A stretch of 64,000 nucleotides of DNA, taken from Scenedesmus sp. PABB004. Lineage: Eukaryota. Below, piece after piece: positions 23,773 to 35,470 of this stretch. The stretch is from positions 1,426,001-1,490,000 of the forward strand of contig JABVCE010000004.1 of the NCBI GenBank assembly GCA_014905635.1. Direction: 5' to 3'. The notes beneath the pieces were generated by a model that saw only the letters and a list, made by a program, of their open reading frames with translations, made no database searches and was not told the origin of the DNA. Both the position numbers and the translations under genes were made by a program. Within the stretch, counting starts at the first letter, position 1. The number at the start of each line of letters is the position of its first letter.

Positions 23773-24723
23773 TCAAATGAACTCGGCCGGCTCGATGACG
23801 GCGCAGTTGGCCGTCGACGCGCTCGCCCCGCCTGCGCTGCACTGGCTCAGACCCTGCACGCGAGGCGGCAGGTGGGGCGGGGCGGCACGGTGGGGGGTGC
23901 CGGCGCCGGCCTGCGGCCGAGCCGGGCGCCGCCGCTCGGGGCGGCGGCCAGGCGGCGCGCCCCAGGCCTCAACCCTGTGAGCCTCCCTCACCGCCATCAT
24001 CGCGTCGGGGCCGCGCGCCGACACCCGGAGCAGCTCCAGCTCATACCGCAGCGTCGAGCCGCCCGGCACGCCAGCGTACGGCCCCAGCACGTCACTCGCG
24101 CCAAAGCCGAGCTCTGGCGGCACCAAGACGGTGCGGTGGCCGCCGATCTTCATGCCCAGCAGCGCAGCCTCGAGGCCGGGGCACACACCGGGGACGGGGC
24201 CGCCGCCCACGCGCAGTGCCGCTGGTCGCAGCACGCCGCGCCCGCCGTCGCGGTAGCGCTGCGGCGCGCGGTCGGGCCGGGGTCGGGCCGGGTTCGGGCC
24301 GGGGTCAGGCCGGGTCGGGCGCGGCGCTGCGCCCGGGCGCCGCCAGCCGCGCACCAGGCCGTCGCCGCCGCGCGTGGAGTCAAAGACCTCGCCGGTCGCG
24401 TCGAGCGTGCCCACGTAGTGCGCCAGGACGATGTCCCCTTGCGCCACAGCGTGCTGGCCAAAGCCCGGCGTGTCCGCGACGATCTGGATGCCGCCCTGCT
24501 CTGCTGCCGCGCGCCGCGCCGCTGGCAGCGCTGCTGCCGCGACCACCGCTGCCGCCAGCAGCTGCCGCCGCGAGGGCTGCGCATCCTCCTTGATGACAGG
24601 ATGAGGTTCCGCCGTGGCAGGGGCCGCGCGGGCCACAGAGGGCCTGGCGGCGCGCGGCCGCTGCCGCACGGCGCCCGTGCCCGGCGCGCAGCAGCGCTGC
24701 CCGCGACCTGCGAGCTGCCTCAT
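23773..24723 (-). CDS. Thylakoid-lumen FKBP-type peptidyl-prolyl isomerase; 3 exons
   Basis: Tat signal SRRQLL...AAA; GDIVLAHYVG, VFDST, GMKIGGHRTVLVPPELGFG, STLRYELELL. Confidence 0.9.
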   Translation of the reverse strand: MRQLAGRGQRCCAPGTGAVRQRPRAARPSVARAAPATAEPHPVIKEDAQPSRRQLLAAAVVAAAALPAARRAAAEQGGIQIVADTPGFGQHAVAQGDIVLAHYVGTLDATGEVFDSTRGGDGLVRGWRRPGAAPRPTRPDPGPNPARPRPDRAPQRYRDGGRGVLRPAALRVGGGPVPGVCPGLEAALLGMKIGGHRTVLVPPELGFGASDVLGPYAGVPGGSTLRYELELLRVSARGPDAMMAVREAHRVEAWGAPPGRRPERRRPARPQAGAGTPHRAAPPHLPPRVQGLSQCSAGGASASTANCAVIEPAEFI

Positions 24724-24935
24724 CGTCCAACCTGCCGGAACGATCGAGCCGCGTGGCAGCACGGGCGCGGGCTGCTGTGATCGGCGGCGGCGCCGAGCAG
24801 CGGCGGGGTGTGACCCAGCACGTTTTTTCAGCCTGCGCTGCTGCTCGTGGGGCCTGTGAGCTCGCTGGCGGTGCAGCCTCGCAGCCACTGTGCCTTCGCG
24901 GCGCAGGCCATGCAGAACCCCCCGCTGGACCCCGC

Positions 24936-24981
24936 TCACGGCACCCAGTGCCTGCGCGCGCTCGCGGGGCTCGGGCTGCGC

Positions 24982-25013
<32 letters not shown>

Positions 25014-25693
25014 CGCCGCGCTGCTCGGCCGCGCGGCCCGCCGGCGCGTGGCGGCGCCGGGCTTGTCGCCGCCGTCCGGCGGCGAGCGCGCCACGCTCGC
25101 CGCGAGCTGCATGCGTAGCCGCTCCGCGGCGACGTCGAGCGCCTCCAGCGTGGCGAGCAGCTTGCCCTGGTCCTGGCCGCGGGGGCAGGGCCAGGTCCCA
25201 CCGGCGGCGGGGCCCACTGGCGGCGGGGCCCCGCCGCCCGAGGGCGGCTGGCCGGCCGCGGCGCCGCCGTCGTCCTTGAGCTGCCGCGCCGCGTCCGCCC
25301 AGCACTCCTGCAGCGCGGCGCGCACGGGGCTGGCCCGGCCGCGCAGCAGGTGCTGCACGCCCGCGGGGCTCTGCGGCCGCACGGCTGCGCGGGCGGTGCG
25401 GCGCGGGGGTGAGCGGCGGCGCCAGCTGGCTACAGCAGCGCGGCGCGCCGCGCGCCGCACTCACCACAGCACATCCCGCACGTCGGCTGCGCGCCGGGCT
25501 CGGCTGAGTGGCGCCCGCCGGTGGACGGCTGCGCCTGGCTCGCCTGGCCCCCCGCGCTCAAGCTGGGATGCAGCTGCATCTTTGTGCCGAGCGGCAGACC
25601 CGGCACGCACACCTCCCGCGCCGCCAGGCGGGCGTAGGCGTGCCACGCCTCCGCGAAGCTGCCGGGCTCCAGCAGTGCTGGCGTGGGTGACAT
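24936..25693 (-). CDS. Hypothetical protein; exon structure uncertain
   Basis: Coding-like segments GSFAEAWHAYARLAARE, VRAALQECW, LLATLEALDVAAERLRMQL; GTGAG donor near 25464. Confidence 0.4.
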
Positions 25694-26203
25694 GGAGGCC
25701 CTGTCCCTGGGGGGCAGGCGGCCGCGCACAGGCGACCCTCGATCGCAGGAGAGCGGAGGCAGCACGACGGTCAACGGCCGGCGACAGCGCGCAGCGCTCC
25801 GCGGCTGCGGCACGCGCCGGCAGTTCGAGCTGTCCCGACTGAGACCTCAGAGGCGACTCGGCGCGGCGCGGCGCCGGCAGCGGCGGGTGCGGCGGTTGTC
25901 CGCGGTTTGGCGAGCGGCGGTTGGCACCGCCAGAGCGCCGATGCTCGCGCGCGTAGCTGCTCACACGTCGCACCGCGCAGGCGGCAGACGCGGCAGCACA
26001 GCAGCGGCAGCAGCGGCAGCAGCGGCGCGTGTTGCACGACTCGGCCCCGCTGCGCCGCGCCCGCACCGCGCGAGCGGCTGCCTGCACCAGCACGGGCTCC
26101 GGCCGGGCGCTGGTCACGGGCCAGAGGCACACGCGGCGCCGCTGCCCGGCGCGCGTGCACGCGCCTGCAGCGGCGGCCGCCTGCGGCTCGCGCCACCGCG
26201 TCC

Positions 26204-27659
26204 ATGTGGCCGCCGGCGGTCTGGAACACGGTCTTCTGCGGCCTGCTCACGTCCTTTGTCGTCTACAGCGTCCAGTTCGGCGCCGGCGGCGGCTGGCGCG
26301 GCGGCGGCGGGCGCGGCGCGCCGGGCAGCATCAACGCCGCCGCGCGCCTCGCGCCGCTGCCGGGCAAGCGCCACGTGCTGCTCGCGGGCGGCGCCGGCGG
26401 CGCGCTGGGCGCGCACGTCGCGCTCGCGCTGCTCGACGCGGGGCACGCGGTCACGGCGGTCGACGACCCGCGCGCGAGCCGCCGCGGGCTCTGGCAGCTC
26501 GGCGTCGCGTCGCCGGGGCGGCTCAAGGTCCTGCCCTGGGTCCCCGGCGACGGTGCGGCGCTCGCGGCGCTGCTCGCGGCAGCGCAGCCGCCCGTGGACG
26601 CCGCGGTGCACCTGGTCGACCCGTCCGGGGGCGGCGGCGGCGGCGGCGGCGCGGGCGGCGAGGGCGCGCCGCTGGAGTTCCTCGCGTCGAGCGCCAGCAG
26701 TGTGGTCGCGGTGCTCCAGGCGCTGGCAGCCAACGGGGTCGCGCAGGTGCGCCATCCCGCCTTGCCCGCGCGGCCACCGCACGCTGCGCTGCGGCCGCCT
26801 CACCGCCGCCGCCGCCGCAGCTGCTGCTGGGCAGCTCGACCGCGGTGTACGGGCCGCCCGCCGGCTCGCCGCTGGTGCCGGTGGGCGAGGACGCGTGCTG
26901 CCGGCCCGCCACGCCGCTCGGGCGCGCTGCGCTGTTCGCGGAGGGTGCCGTCGCCAGCCACGCCGCGGCCGCGCCAGGGTTTGTGGCAGCAGTGCTGCGG
27001 CACGGGCGCGTCATGGGCGCCGACCCGCTCGCCCGCCTCGGTGCGTGGCCAGCGACCGAGGGAGGGGGAGCTCTGCCGCGCGCGCAGCCGTTCGGGCGCG
27101 CTGACATGCCGCCCGCCGCCCACCCCGCGCCCGCGCAGGCCCGCAGGCGCTGCCGGGCGGCGCCGCCGCCGCCGCCCCCGCGGGCGGCGCCAGCGACGAC
27201 GCCGCCGCGGCCTGCCTCGTCGCCGCGCTCGCGGGCGGCGGCGGCGCCGCCGCCGCCGCGTACGTGCTGCCCGTGCCGGCCGCGGACGCCGCCGGCGGCG
27301 GCGCGCCCTGCGCGCGCGACGCCGTGCACGTGTCGGACCTCGCTGCCGCGTTTGTCGCCGTGCTCGAAGCCGGCCGCGCGGCGAGCCCGCCGGCCGTGTA
27401 CAACGTCGGCACCGGCCACGCCGTCACCTTCCGGGAGGTGCTCGAGGCGTGCCAGGCGGTGCTCGGCGTCAGCCCGCGGGTGACGCAGCGCGCCGCGCGC
27501 GGCGGCGGCGAGTGCCACGGCGTCGTCGCCGACGCCTCCAAGTTGGCGGGCGACGTTGGGTGGAGCGCGCAGTGGGGCGTCCAGGAGGCGCTCGTGCACG
27601 CTCTGCGCACGCTGCAGAGGCGCGGCGGCCCGGCCGGCGGCGGCGGCGCGGCTGTCTGA
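26204..27659 (+). CDS. Membrane-anchored UDP-arabinose 4-epimerase (MUR4/GalE)-like SDR with degenerate active site
   Basis: N-terminal TM; HVLLAGGAG, SSTAVYG, LRHGRVMGADP, RDAVHVSDL, YNVGTG. Confidence 0.8.
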
Positions 27660-27826
27660 ACACGACACGTGGGCCGCGGGGCTTTGCGCTGCAAAAGCGC
27701 CCAAGCGTGCGACGCCCGCACCCGCCAGGCTGCCGTCCCCCAGCCCTCGAGTCAGCAGAGCGAGCCCGTGGCCGACCCACGCCCCCAAGCGCGCCGGCCA
27801 CGGACGCCAGCGCTGCGAGCTCCTGC

Positions 27827-28728
27827 ATGTTCGTCCGCGCGGCGTGCAAATCAGCGATCATAGCGACGTGCGCCCTGCTCTGGACGCTCGCGACGCTGGG
27901 CGTGCTGCTGACGGCGTTCAGCGGACGGCGTTCGGCTCAGGTGGCGGCGGCGGTCGGCGGCAGCAGCGGCGGCGCGCCGCCCGGCGCGGCGCCGCACATG
28001 GCCGACCATCCGCACATGGCCGACCATGCTGTGGTGGGCGCCCACGCCCACCACAGCATGTCCATGCCCATGTGGTTCACCTGGAGCGTGAGTGGCAGGC
28101 CTGGGGCCGCAACAGGCCACGCCCGGCGCAGCACGAGTGCCGCTGCAGCACCCGCAACCGCCGCGCCCCGCCGCCGCCGCAGGTCGACACGGTGCTCTGG
28201 TTCCGCGGGTGGCATCCCACGAGCTTGCTGCCCTACCTGGCCACCCTCGCGGTGCTCGGCGCCGCGGCGGTGGGCCACGAGGCGCTCGCGGCGTACCGGT
28301 CCGCGTGGACCCGCGCGGGCGGCGGCGCCGACGCCGCGGCGGCGGGCTACGCCGCGCTCCTGCCGCGCGGCGCCAAGGACGGCGGCGGCGGCGGCCTGCT
28401 CTCGCGGCGCGCGGCGGCGGCGCTGCTGTACGCAGTGAACATCGGCAGGCGCGCGCACGCTCTGCGCGCGGCACGCGGCGCGGGCGCGCGTGCCCGCGCG
28501 CCAAACGCCGCCCTTGCCCGCCCGTACCCCGCCCGCGCCCGTCGCCCCCGCGCGCCGCCGCCGCAGCGGGTACCTGCTGATGCTGGCGGTCATGACCTAC
28601 AACGCGGGCGCCTTCCTCGCCGTGCTGTGTGGGCTGGGGCTGGGACACTACATGTTCAACGCCCGGCCGCCCTGGCCGCCGCGCGCCGACGCGTGCTGCG
28701 AGAGCGCGGCGGGGGGCTGGCGGCGTGA
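27827..28728 (+). CDS. Ctr/COPT copper transporter; stop position assumes a +1 G correction at 28711-28716
   Basis: His/Met-rich ectodomain, MPMWF, LWFRGW, GYLLMLAVMTYN (MxxxM), GLGLG, terminal CC. Confidence 0.88.
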
Positions 28729-28769
28729 CGCGGCGGCGCGCGCGGCGGGCGGGCGTGCGCCGCGCGCGG

Positions 28770-28774
28770 TTACA
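28770..28774 (-). promoter_or_regulatory. TGTAA polyadenylation signal for KAS1
   Basis: TTACA on the + strand about 230 nt downstream of the KAS1 stop. Confidence 0.55.
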
Positions 28775-28999
28775 CACGTGCGGGCTCCGAGCGCCGGCAC
28801 GGGCGCGTCACGAGCTGCCCGCGCCAGCCAGCCCTTTGCGCCCAGTCAGGGGGCTCCAACAGCAGCAGCCGCCCCCGCCCCGCCGACGCCCCCGCGCCAG
28901 CCAGCCCGCCCGGCAGCGACGGCGCTGCCGCCCAACCTCAGCCCCCCGCCACGCCCTGCCAGTCCAGTCAGGCCCGCCTCAGCCGCGGCCTGGCGCGGC

Positions 29000-31947
29000 T
29001 CACGCCTCGAACGGCGCAAAGATGACAGCCGAGTTGTGGCCGCCAAAGCCGAACGAGTTGGAGATGCCCGCCGTGACCTGCGGCGGCGCGGTGCAGTGTC
29101 GGCGTCAGCGGCGGCGTCGGCGGCGGCGGCGGGGCGCCGCGCACGGGCGCGCGCCGCGCCCCGCAGCTGCGCAGCCCCGCGGCGCCGCGTCGCGCGCCTT
29201 GTGGGCGGCCTTCTCGAAGGGCACGGTGTCGATGCCGGCCACCTCCTCGACCAGGTTGTACTGGTTGAGCGTGGGGTGCACGTAGCCCGTCTGTTGGCGG
29301 AGACACGCACACACAAATTGGGGCGACGCGCGGGCGCGCGCGAGTCAGGGCGGGCGGCGCGCGGCGCGGGCGGCGCGGGCGGCGCGGGCGCTGGCCGCGG
29401 CGCGGCGCGCGGCGGCTCGGCGGCGCGGGCGGCGCGCCGCGCGGCGGCTCGGCGGCGCGGGCGGCGCGGCGCGCCTGGATGGCCTTGACGACCGCGACGG
29501 CCTCGATGCCCGCCGCGGCGCCGAGGCAGTGCCCGATCATGGACTTGGTCGCGTTCATCTTGATGCCCGCCATGCTGGGGAAGACCTTCTTGATCGCCTT
29601 GACCTCAGCAATGTCGCCCACGAGCGTGCTGCGGCGCGGTGGGCGGGGGCGGGGGCGGCGGCGGCGGGGCGCGCACTTCAGTAGGAGGACGCGCGGCGGC
29701 GGGGCCGCGCGCGCGGGCGCCAGGCGCGGGCGCGCTTGAGGAGGCGGCGGGGCGCGGGGCGGCGAGTGAGCGAGGGGGGCGCGCACCTCGTGGCGTGGGC
29801 GTTGATGTAGTTGACCTGCTCCTTCTCCACGCGCGCGTCCTTCAGCGCCAGCTCGATGCACGTAGACACGCCCAGGCCGTCCGCGCGCGGGTCTGCGGCG
29901 GCGCGGGCGGCGTGGGGCGCGGCGGCGGCGTGGGGCGCGGCGCGAGGCGGCGCGCCGCGCGGGCCCCCGGCGGCGGCCCAGGCCGGGCGGGCGCGCGCCG
30001 CGCGCCGCGCGCCGCGCGCGCACCCGTCATGTGGTGCGCGTCGCACGTGACCGCGCCGCCCATGTACTCGGCTAGGATGGTCGCGCCGCGCTTCTGCGCG
30101 TGCTCCAGCGACTCAAACACAAACACGCCCGCGCCCTCGCCCATCACAAAGCCGTCGCGGTCGACGTCCCACGGCCTGCGCGGCGCGCGCGCGCGCGCGC
30201 GCGCGCGGCGCGCGTCGGCGCGGGGGCCGCGCAGCGCGCCCGCCCGCGCGCCCCGCCGCGCCCTGCCGGTGGGCGCCCGCCGCCGCGCGCCGACCGCTGC
30301 CGCGCCGCGCTGCCGCGCGCCGCCCGCGCCGCGCACCGCGAGGCCTTCTGCGGCTCGTCGTTGCGGCTGGAGAGCGCGCGGCACGCGACGAAGCCGCCGA
30401 GGCCGACGGGGATGATCGGCGCCTCGCTGCCGCCGACGACCATGACGTCGGCGTCGCCGCCCCGGATGTGCGCGGCGGCGCTGACAAACGCGTAGTTGGC
30501 GGTCGCGCACGCAGTGCTGATGCTGTAGTTGGGGCCCATGAAGCCTTTGGAGGGGGGGGGGGGCATGGCGAGCGGGGCGGCGGCGGCGACAGCGACGGTG
30601 AGAGGGGGCGGGTGTGAGCGTTGGTTGGCGGGTGGCGCGCGTGCACACGACACACGGGTGCATGTGAACGCGCGCGCCGCGCCGCACCCGTGTCGATGGC
30701 GAGCAGCGCGCCGCCCATGTTGGTGATGGCGTAGGGGATGAAGAAGGGGCTGATCTTCTTGTAGCCCTTCTCAACCAGGTTCTTCACGCCTGCGCGGCGC
30801 CGGCCGCGGCGGCGGCGACGACGCGTGGGCCCGCCGGGCGCGCGCGGACGCCGCACGCGCGCCCAGCCCACCGCGCCCGCCGCGCCCCTGCGCCCGCGCC
30901 GGCGTGCGCACCGTCCTGGAAGACGGAGAGACCGCCCATGCCGCTGCCGACGAGCACGCCGCAGCGCGTGAGGTCGAGCGCGCCAAACGCGGACGCGTTG
31001 GCGTCCTTGTCCAGCCCCGCCTGCGCGAGCGCCTTCTTGCCCGCCACCATGGTGTACTTGAGGCAGTCGTCGTAGCGCCGCGCGTTCTTCTTGTCAATCA
31101 GCCTGACCGCACCATGCACGCACGCGCGGCGGCGCGCGCGCACGGGGTTGTGGGTTGTGGCGCGAGCGCGCGCGGGCGGGGGCGGGGCGGCGGCGGGGCC
31201 GCGGCGGCGCGCGCGGCGCGCCGCACCCCTCGTCGTCAAAGTTCTTGATCTGCGCCGCGAAGCGCGTGGGGTACTCGGAGGCGTCGAAGCGGTCGATCAG
31301 CTCCACGCCGCTCGTGCCCGCGAGCAGCCTGCGGCGCGGCAAGGCGCGGCCGCGGCGCGCGCGCGGCGGTCGGCGCGGCGCGAGGCCGCGCGCCCCGTGG
31401 CAGCGCCCCCGCCGCCGGCGCCGCCGGCCGTGCTCCTGCCGCCGCCACCGGCGCCGCCGCCGCCGGCGCCGCCGCGGGTGCGGGCCGCGCGCGCGGCCGC
31501 CGCCGGCGGCGCCAGCGCGGCGGCGGCAGCAGCTGCGGCGCCGCCGGCGGGCGCCGCGCGCCCGCCGCGCCGCCGGCGCGCCCGCCCGCTCGCTGGGGGC
31601 GGGCTCACTTCTCATAGAACTTGTCGGGGTCGTTGCCGAACACGGAGCAGCAGCCGATGCCCGTAATCACGACGCGCTGGCTGGCGTCGCGCTTGGCGGC
31701 CGCGGCGCGCACCACCAGGGCTGCGGGCGCGGTTAATTGGGTCAGCCACGACCCGCGCGGGCCTCCGCGACCCGCGGCGCGGGCGTTCGCGTCCCCCGCG
31801 CGCCGGGCCAGGCGTTACGCGTTGATCGATGCCGGCCCGCGCCGCGCTCCGCTCACCTGCGCGCCCGCGCGGCGGGCAGCGGCCCGCGGCAAAGCTGCCG
31901 CGGCTGCCGGCGCGCTGCTGCAGCGCGCCCTGCTGCGTGCCGAGCAT
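29000..31947 (-). CDS. KAS1: Plastid 3-oxoacyl-ACP synthase I
   Basis: [22 protein letters not shown] (catalytic Cys), [31 protein letters not shown]. Confidence 0.93.
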
Positions 31948-32289
31948 GGCGGGCGCTGCTGTGGCAGTCGGGGTGGCTGACGCCGGCGCGGGCGGCGGAG
32001 GGGCGCGGGCAGGACGACGGAGGCAGAGTGGGAGGGCGCGCGAGCTGCCGAGCGCGGTGGACGAGGAGCACGGCGCCGGGCGGTGTTGGGCCCTGCTGTC
32101 GCGTCTCAGGGGCCGCTACCCAGGTGCCCCGATGGCGCTCCCCCCGGCCGCCACTCCCGTGCGCCCACCGCCGCCAGCGCAGCGGTCGCCGCGCGCGCCG
32201 CGGCGGTTGCGCCGGCCGCAGCGCGCAGCGGCGGCGGCGGCGGCCGCGGCGCGAGCCCCGCCTGCTGCACCGGCGCCGATCACGAGTCG

Positions 32290-32456
32290 GCCGGTCGGCG
32301 AGGACCACGACGGGCCGACCGTGCAGGCGGTGCCGCGCGTCGGTCTGCGGCTGCACCGGCGCACCCATCGCGCCCGCCGCCGCGCGCAGACGCAGCCCCT
32401 CGCCCGCCGGCGCCGACCGCCAGCGCCGCAGCGCCGCAGCTTGTCACGACGCAGGC
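32290..32456 (+). repeat. Chimeric duplicated fragment: copy of 34591-34650 followed by copy of 35381-35478
   Basis: Near-identical sequence by direct comparison. Confidence 0.9.
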
Positions 32457-32553
32457 TGCGGCGGCGGGCGTACAGGTGCGCGGCGCCGCGACGAGGTGCG
32501 GAGTGCGCCGTTGCAGGCCTGCCCGCTGCGTTTCGCAGCAGCGGTGCGCCGCC

Positions 32554-35315
32554 TCACGGCGGCGCCGGCGCGTCTGCCAGCACCACCACACGGTCGCCCT
32601 CGCACAGCGCGACCTCGTGCGCGCCGTCCGGCGCGAGCAGCATGCCGCCGTTGGCGCGGCGCCAGCCGAGCGCGGTGCAGCCGCGGCGGCGCGCGGCGCG
32701 CGCGACCGTCGCGAAGGTGACCGCGCCGCCGCCGCCGTCCAGGCCGAGCGCGGCGGGCGGCAGCATCAGCAGGCGCTTGCCGCCGCGCTCCTCCAGCAGC
32801 TGGTCGACCACCTGGGCGGTGGCGCCGTCGTGCGCGACCTGCCGTGGCGGCGGCGGCGGCGGCGGCGGCGGGGGCGGCGCACGTCGCGTGCCGCGTGGCC
32901 TTGGAATCAGCAGTGTTGATTCCAACGCTGTTGCGGCCCTGGCTGCCCGCCCGCTGCATGCACCCCCCACCTGCACGATCATCGCCGCGGCGTACTCGGC
33001 CGGCACGACAAACTCGAACGAGAACGTCCGGCCCAGGAGGCTGCTGTCCAGGAACGCCTGCGCGCTCCGCCGCAGGCTGTAGCTGCCCAGCACGGCGACG
33101 ACGTGGCACCTGGTGCAGGCTCCGTCAGGCGCGTGCGCGGCGGCGCTCTGCCGCAGCGCCTGCTGCACCGCGAGCAGCGCCGCGACGACCAGGGCGTCCG
33201 CCTCGGCCGCGTCGGCGGCCGGCGCGAGGGCGCTGCCGATGATCACGCCGCTGGCCTCGCCCACGCCGGCGGCCAGCAGCGACTGCACGCTGCAGGGCTC
33301 GCGCGAGTGCAGGTGGCGCACCGCCAGCCCCAGCTGCTCGGTCGGCGCCGAGGGCGGCGGGGGCGGCTCGCCGTGCGCCAGCACCGTGCAGCTGCTGCCG
33401 GGCGGCGCCGCTGCGGCCAGGCTGGCCAGCAGCCCCGGCAGCCCAGACTGTGGCCAGCCGCACACGAGCAGCTTGACGCCGTCACCGCCGCCGGCCTGCA
33501 CTGCAGGCGCAGGGCCGCCACACAGGCCGCCGCTGCTCGGCGCGGCGTGCAGCTGCCGGCTGGCCATGCTGCTCGCGCGGGTGAGCGTCTGCAGCCGGCC
33601 CAGGCGCCGCCAGGCGCCGCCGCGGCCGCGGCCGCCGCCGCCGCCGGCGGGCGCCCACAGCAGTGAGGCTGCGGGTGGGCAGCGAGGCAGGCAGGGACCG
33701 CGGTGGCAGGCAGGTGGGCGATTGCCGGCAGCGCGGGGCCACGGCGGCTGGCCCCACCCCGCCGCGCGCACCGTGGCGGGTGACGCCGAGCAGCGCGTCG
33801 CCCGGGCGCAAGTGGTGGCCGGCGGGCGGGTTGAGCAGCAGCTGCCCGTCGCCGCCGCTCTGCTTGATGCCGAGCAGCACGCCGTGCTCAAAGCGCTCGG
33901 CCGCGTCGCCAAAGCTGCCCGCGGCGCGCGCGAGGCGGGCGTCGACGCCGCACCACGTGAGCTGCGGCGCGTCGCGGCCGGCGCGCACGAGCTCCCGCAC
34001 GGCCTGCGCCACGCCCGGCTGCACCGCCGTCTGCGCGACGAGCCCGTCCAGCACGCGCTGGCTGAGCAGGGCGGCGGCCTGCACGTTGTGCGCGCCGGCC
34101 GCGGCGGCGTGGAGGAAGGCGAGCACGTCATCGCCGCCAGGGCCCGGCGCGCCCGCCTGCACCACCACGCGCATCGCGTCGCCGCCGCCGGCGCGACAGC
34201 CACCGCCGCCGCCGGCGCTGCTTCTCAGCCGGGCGCTGCCGGCGCGGGGCGGCGGCAGCGGCAGCGGCAGCGAGCGCGCCAGCGCGGCCCCGCGCGCCAG
34301 GGCGCGCGCGGCGAGGCCGCCCGCGCTCGAGGCGAGGGAGCGCCGCCGCCCGCCGCGCCGCCCCTGCTCCGTCTGCAGCGCCGCCAGGCTGATGAGCGCC
34401 GCCGCCTTGAGCGCCTCTGCCGCTGCGGGGCTGCTCGCGGACTCGGGCTGCAGCAGCAGCACCGTGCCCGCCGCGAGCGCCGCGACGCGCGCGAGGTCGG
34501 GCGCCCGCGCCGGCCGGCCCGTGCGAACGACGACCTCCAGCTGCAGGCCCTTGAGGCCCGACAGCACGTCCGCCTCCATGTCTTCGCGCCGCCGGTCGGC
34601 GAGGACCACGACGGGCCGGCCGTGCAGGCGGTGCCGCGCGTCGGCCTGCGCCGCGCCGAGCTGCCGCAGCAGGCTCAGGGAGAGCCCGTTCCAGCCCAGC
34701 AGCAGCGTGTGGCCCGCCAGGTGGAGCGGCAGGCCGCCCGAGCGCACGGCGTGGATCTGCGGCGACGGGCGGGGCCTCGTTGCGGCCGCGGGCGGCGCGA
34801 ACGGCCGCGGCGCGGCCCGCCGCGCCGCGCCACCGGCCTGACCTGCTGCTTGACCTCGTCGGCGATGGTGGCCATGAGGACGCTGAAGAAGAAGATGGAG
34901 AACAGGAACAGCACGTTGAGCAGCAGCGTCGCGGGGAGCGAGGCCTCGCCGACGACCGCAAACCCCGGCGCCCGGAAGAGCACGCCGTACACCTTGTACA
35001 GCGCCGCCGCCCAGGTGCCGCCCGCGACCGAGACGTAGAGCGCGCCGCCGGCGCCCACGCACGCGGCGCTCGCGGCGGCGAGGCCCGCGAGCCGGCGCGG
35101 CAGGCTCGCGAGCAGCGAGACGCGCTGCGCGCGGTACACCGCCGCCGCCGCCGCGCCGGCCGCCAGCCGCCGCGCCGACGACATGCTGGCAGCGCAGCGC
35201 TGCCCGCAGCCCGGCGGCGGGCGCGCGCGGCGCGGGCGAGGCGGGCGGGCGCGCGCGGCAGCTTCGCGGCTGCTGCGGCTGCCCTGACAGCGCCGATCGC
35301 CGCGCGTGCCGCCAT
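32554..35315 (-). CDS. CASTOR/POLLUX-like (PEC-type) cation channel with RCK domains; start at 35315 needs a 1-nt correction, otherwise 35184
   Basis: TM segments followed by HTLLLGWN, PVVVLA, VVVRTG, DLARVAA, LVAQTAVQPG, LLLNP, LLVCGW, GDRVVVLA. Confidence 0.8.
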
Positions 35316-35470
35316 GCCGCGAGCGCGCGTGGAAGCTTGTTAGTGGGGTAATAACACGTCTTGCGATCTTGGGCGCCATCGCGCACCCATCGCGCCCGCC
35401 GCCGCGCGCAGACGCAGCCCCTCGCCCGCCGTCGCCGACCGCCAGCGCCGCAGCGCCGCAGCCAGTCACG

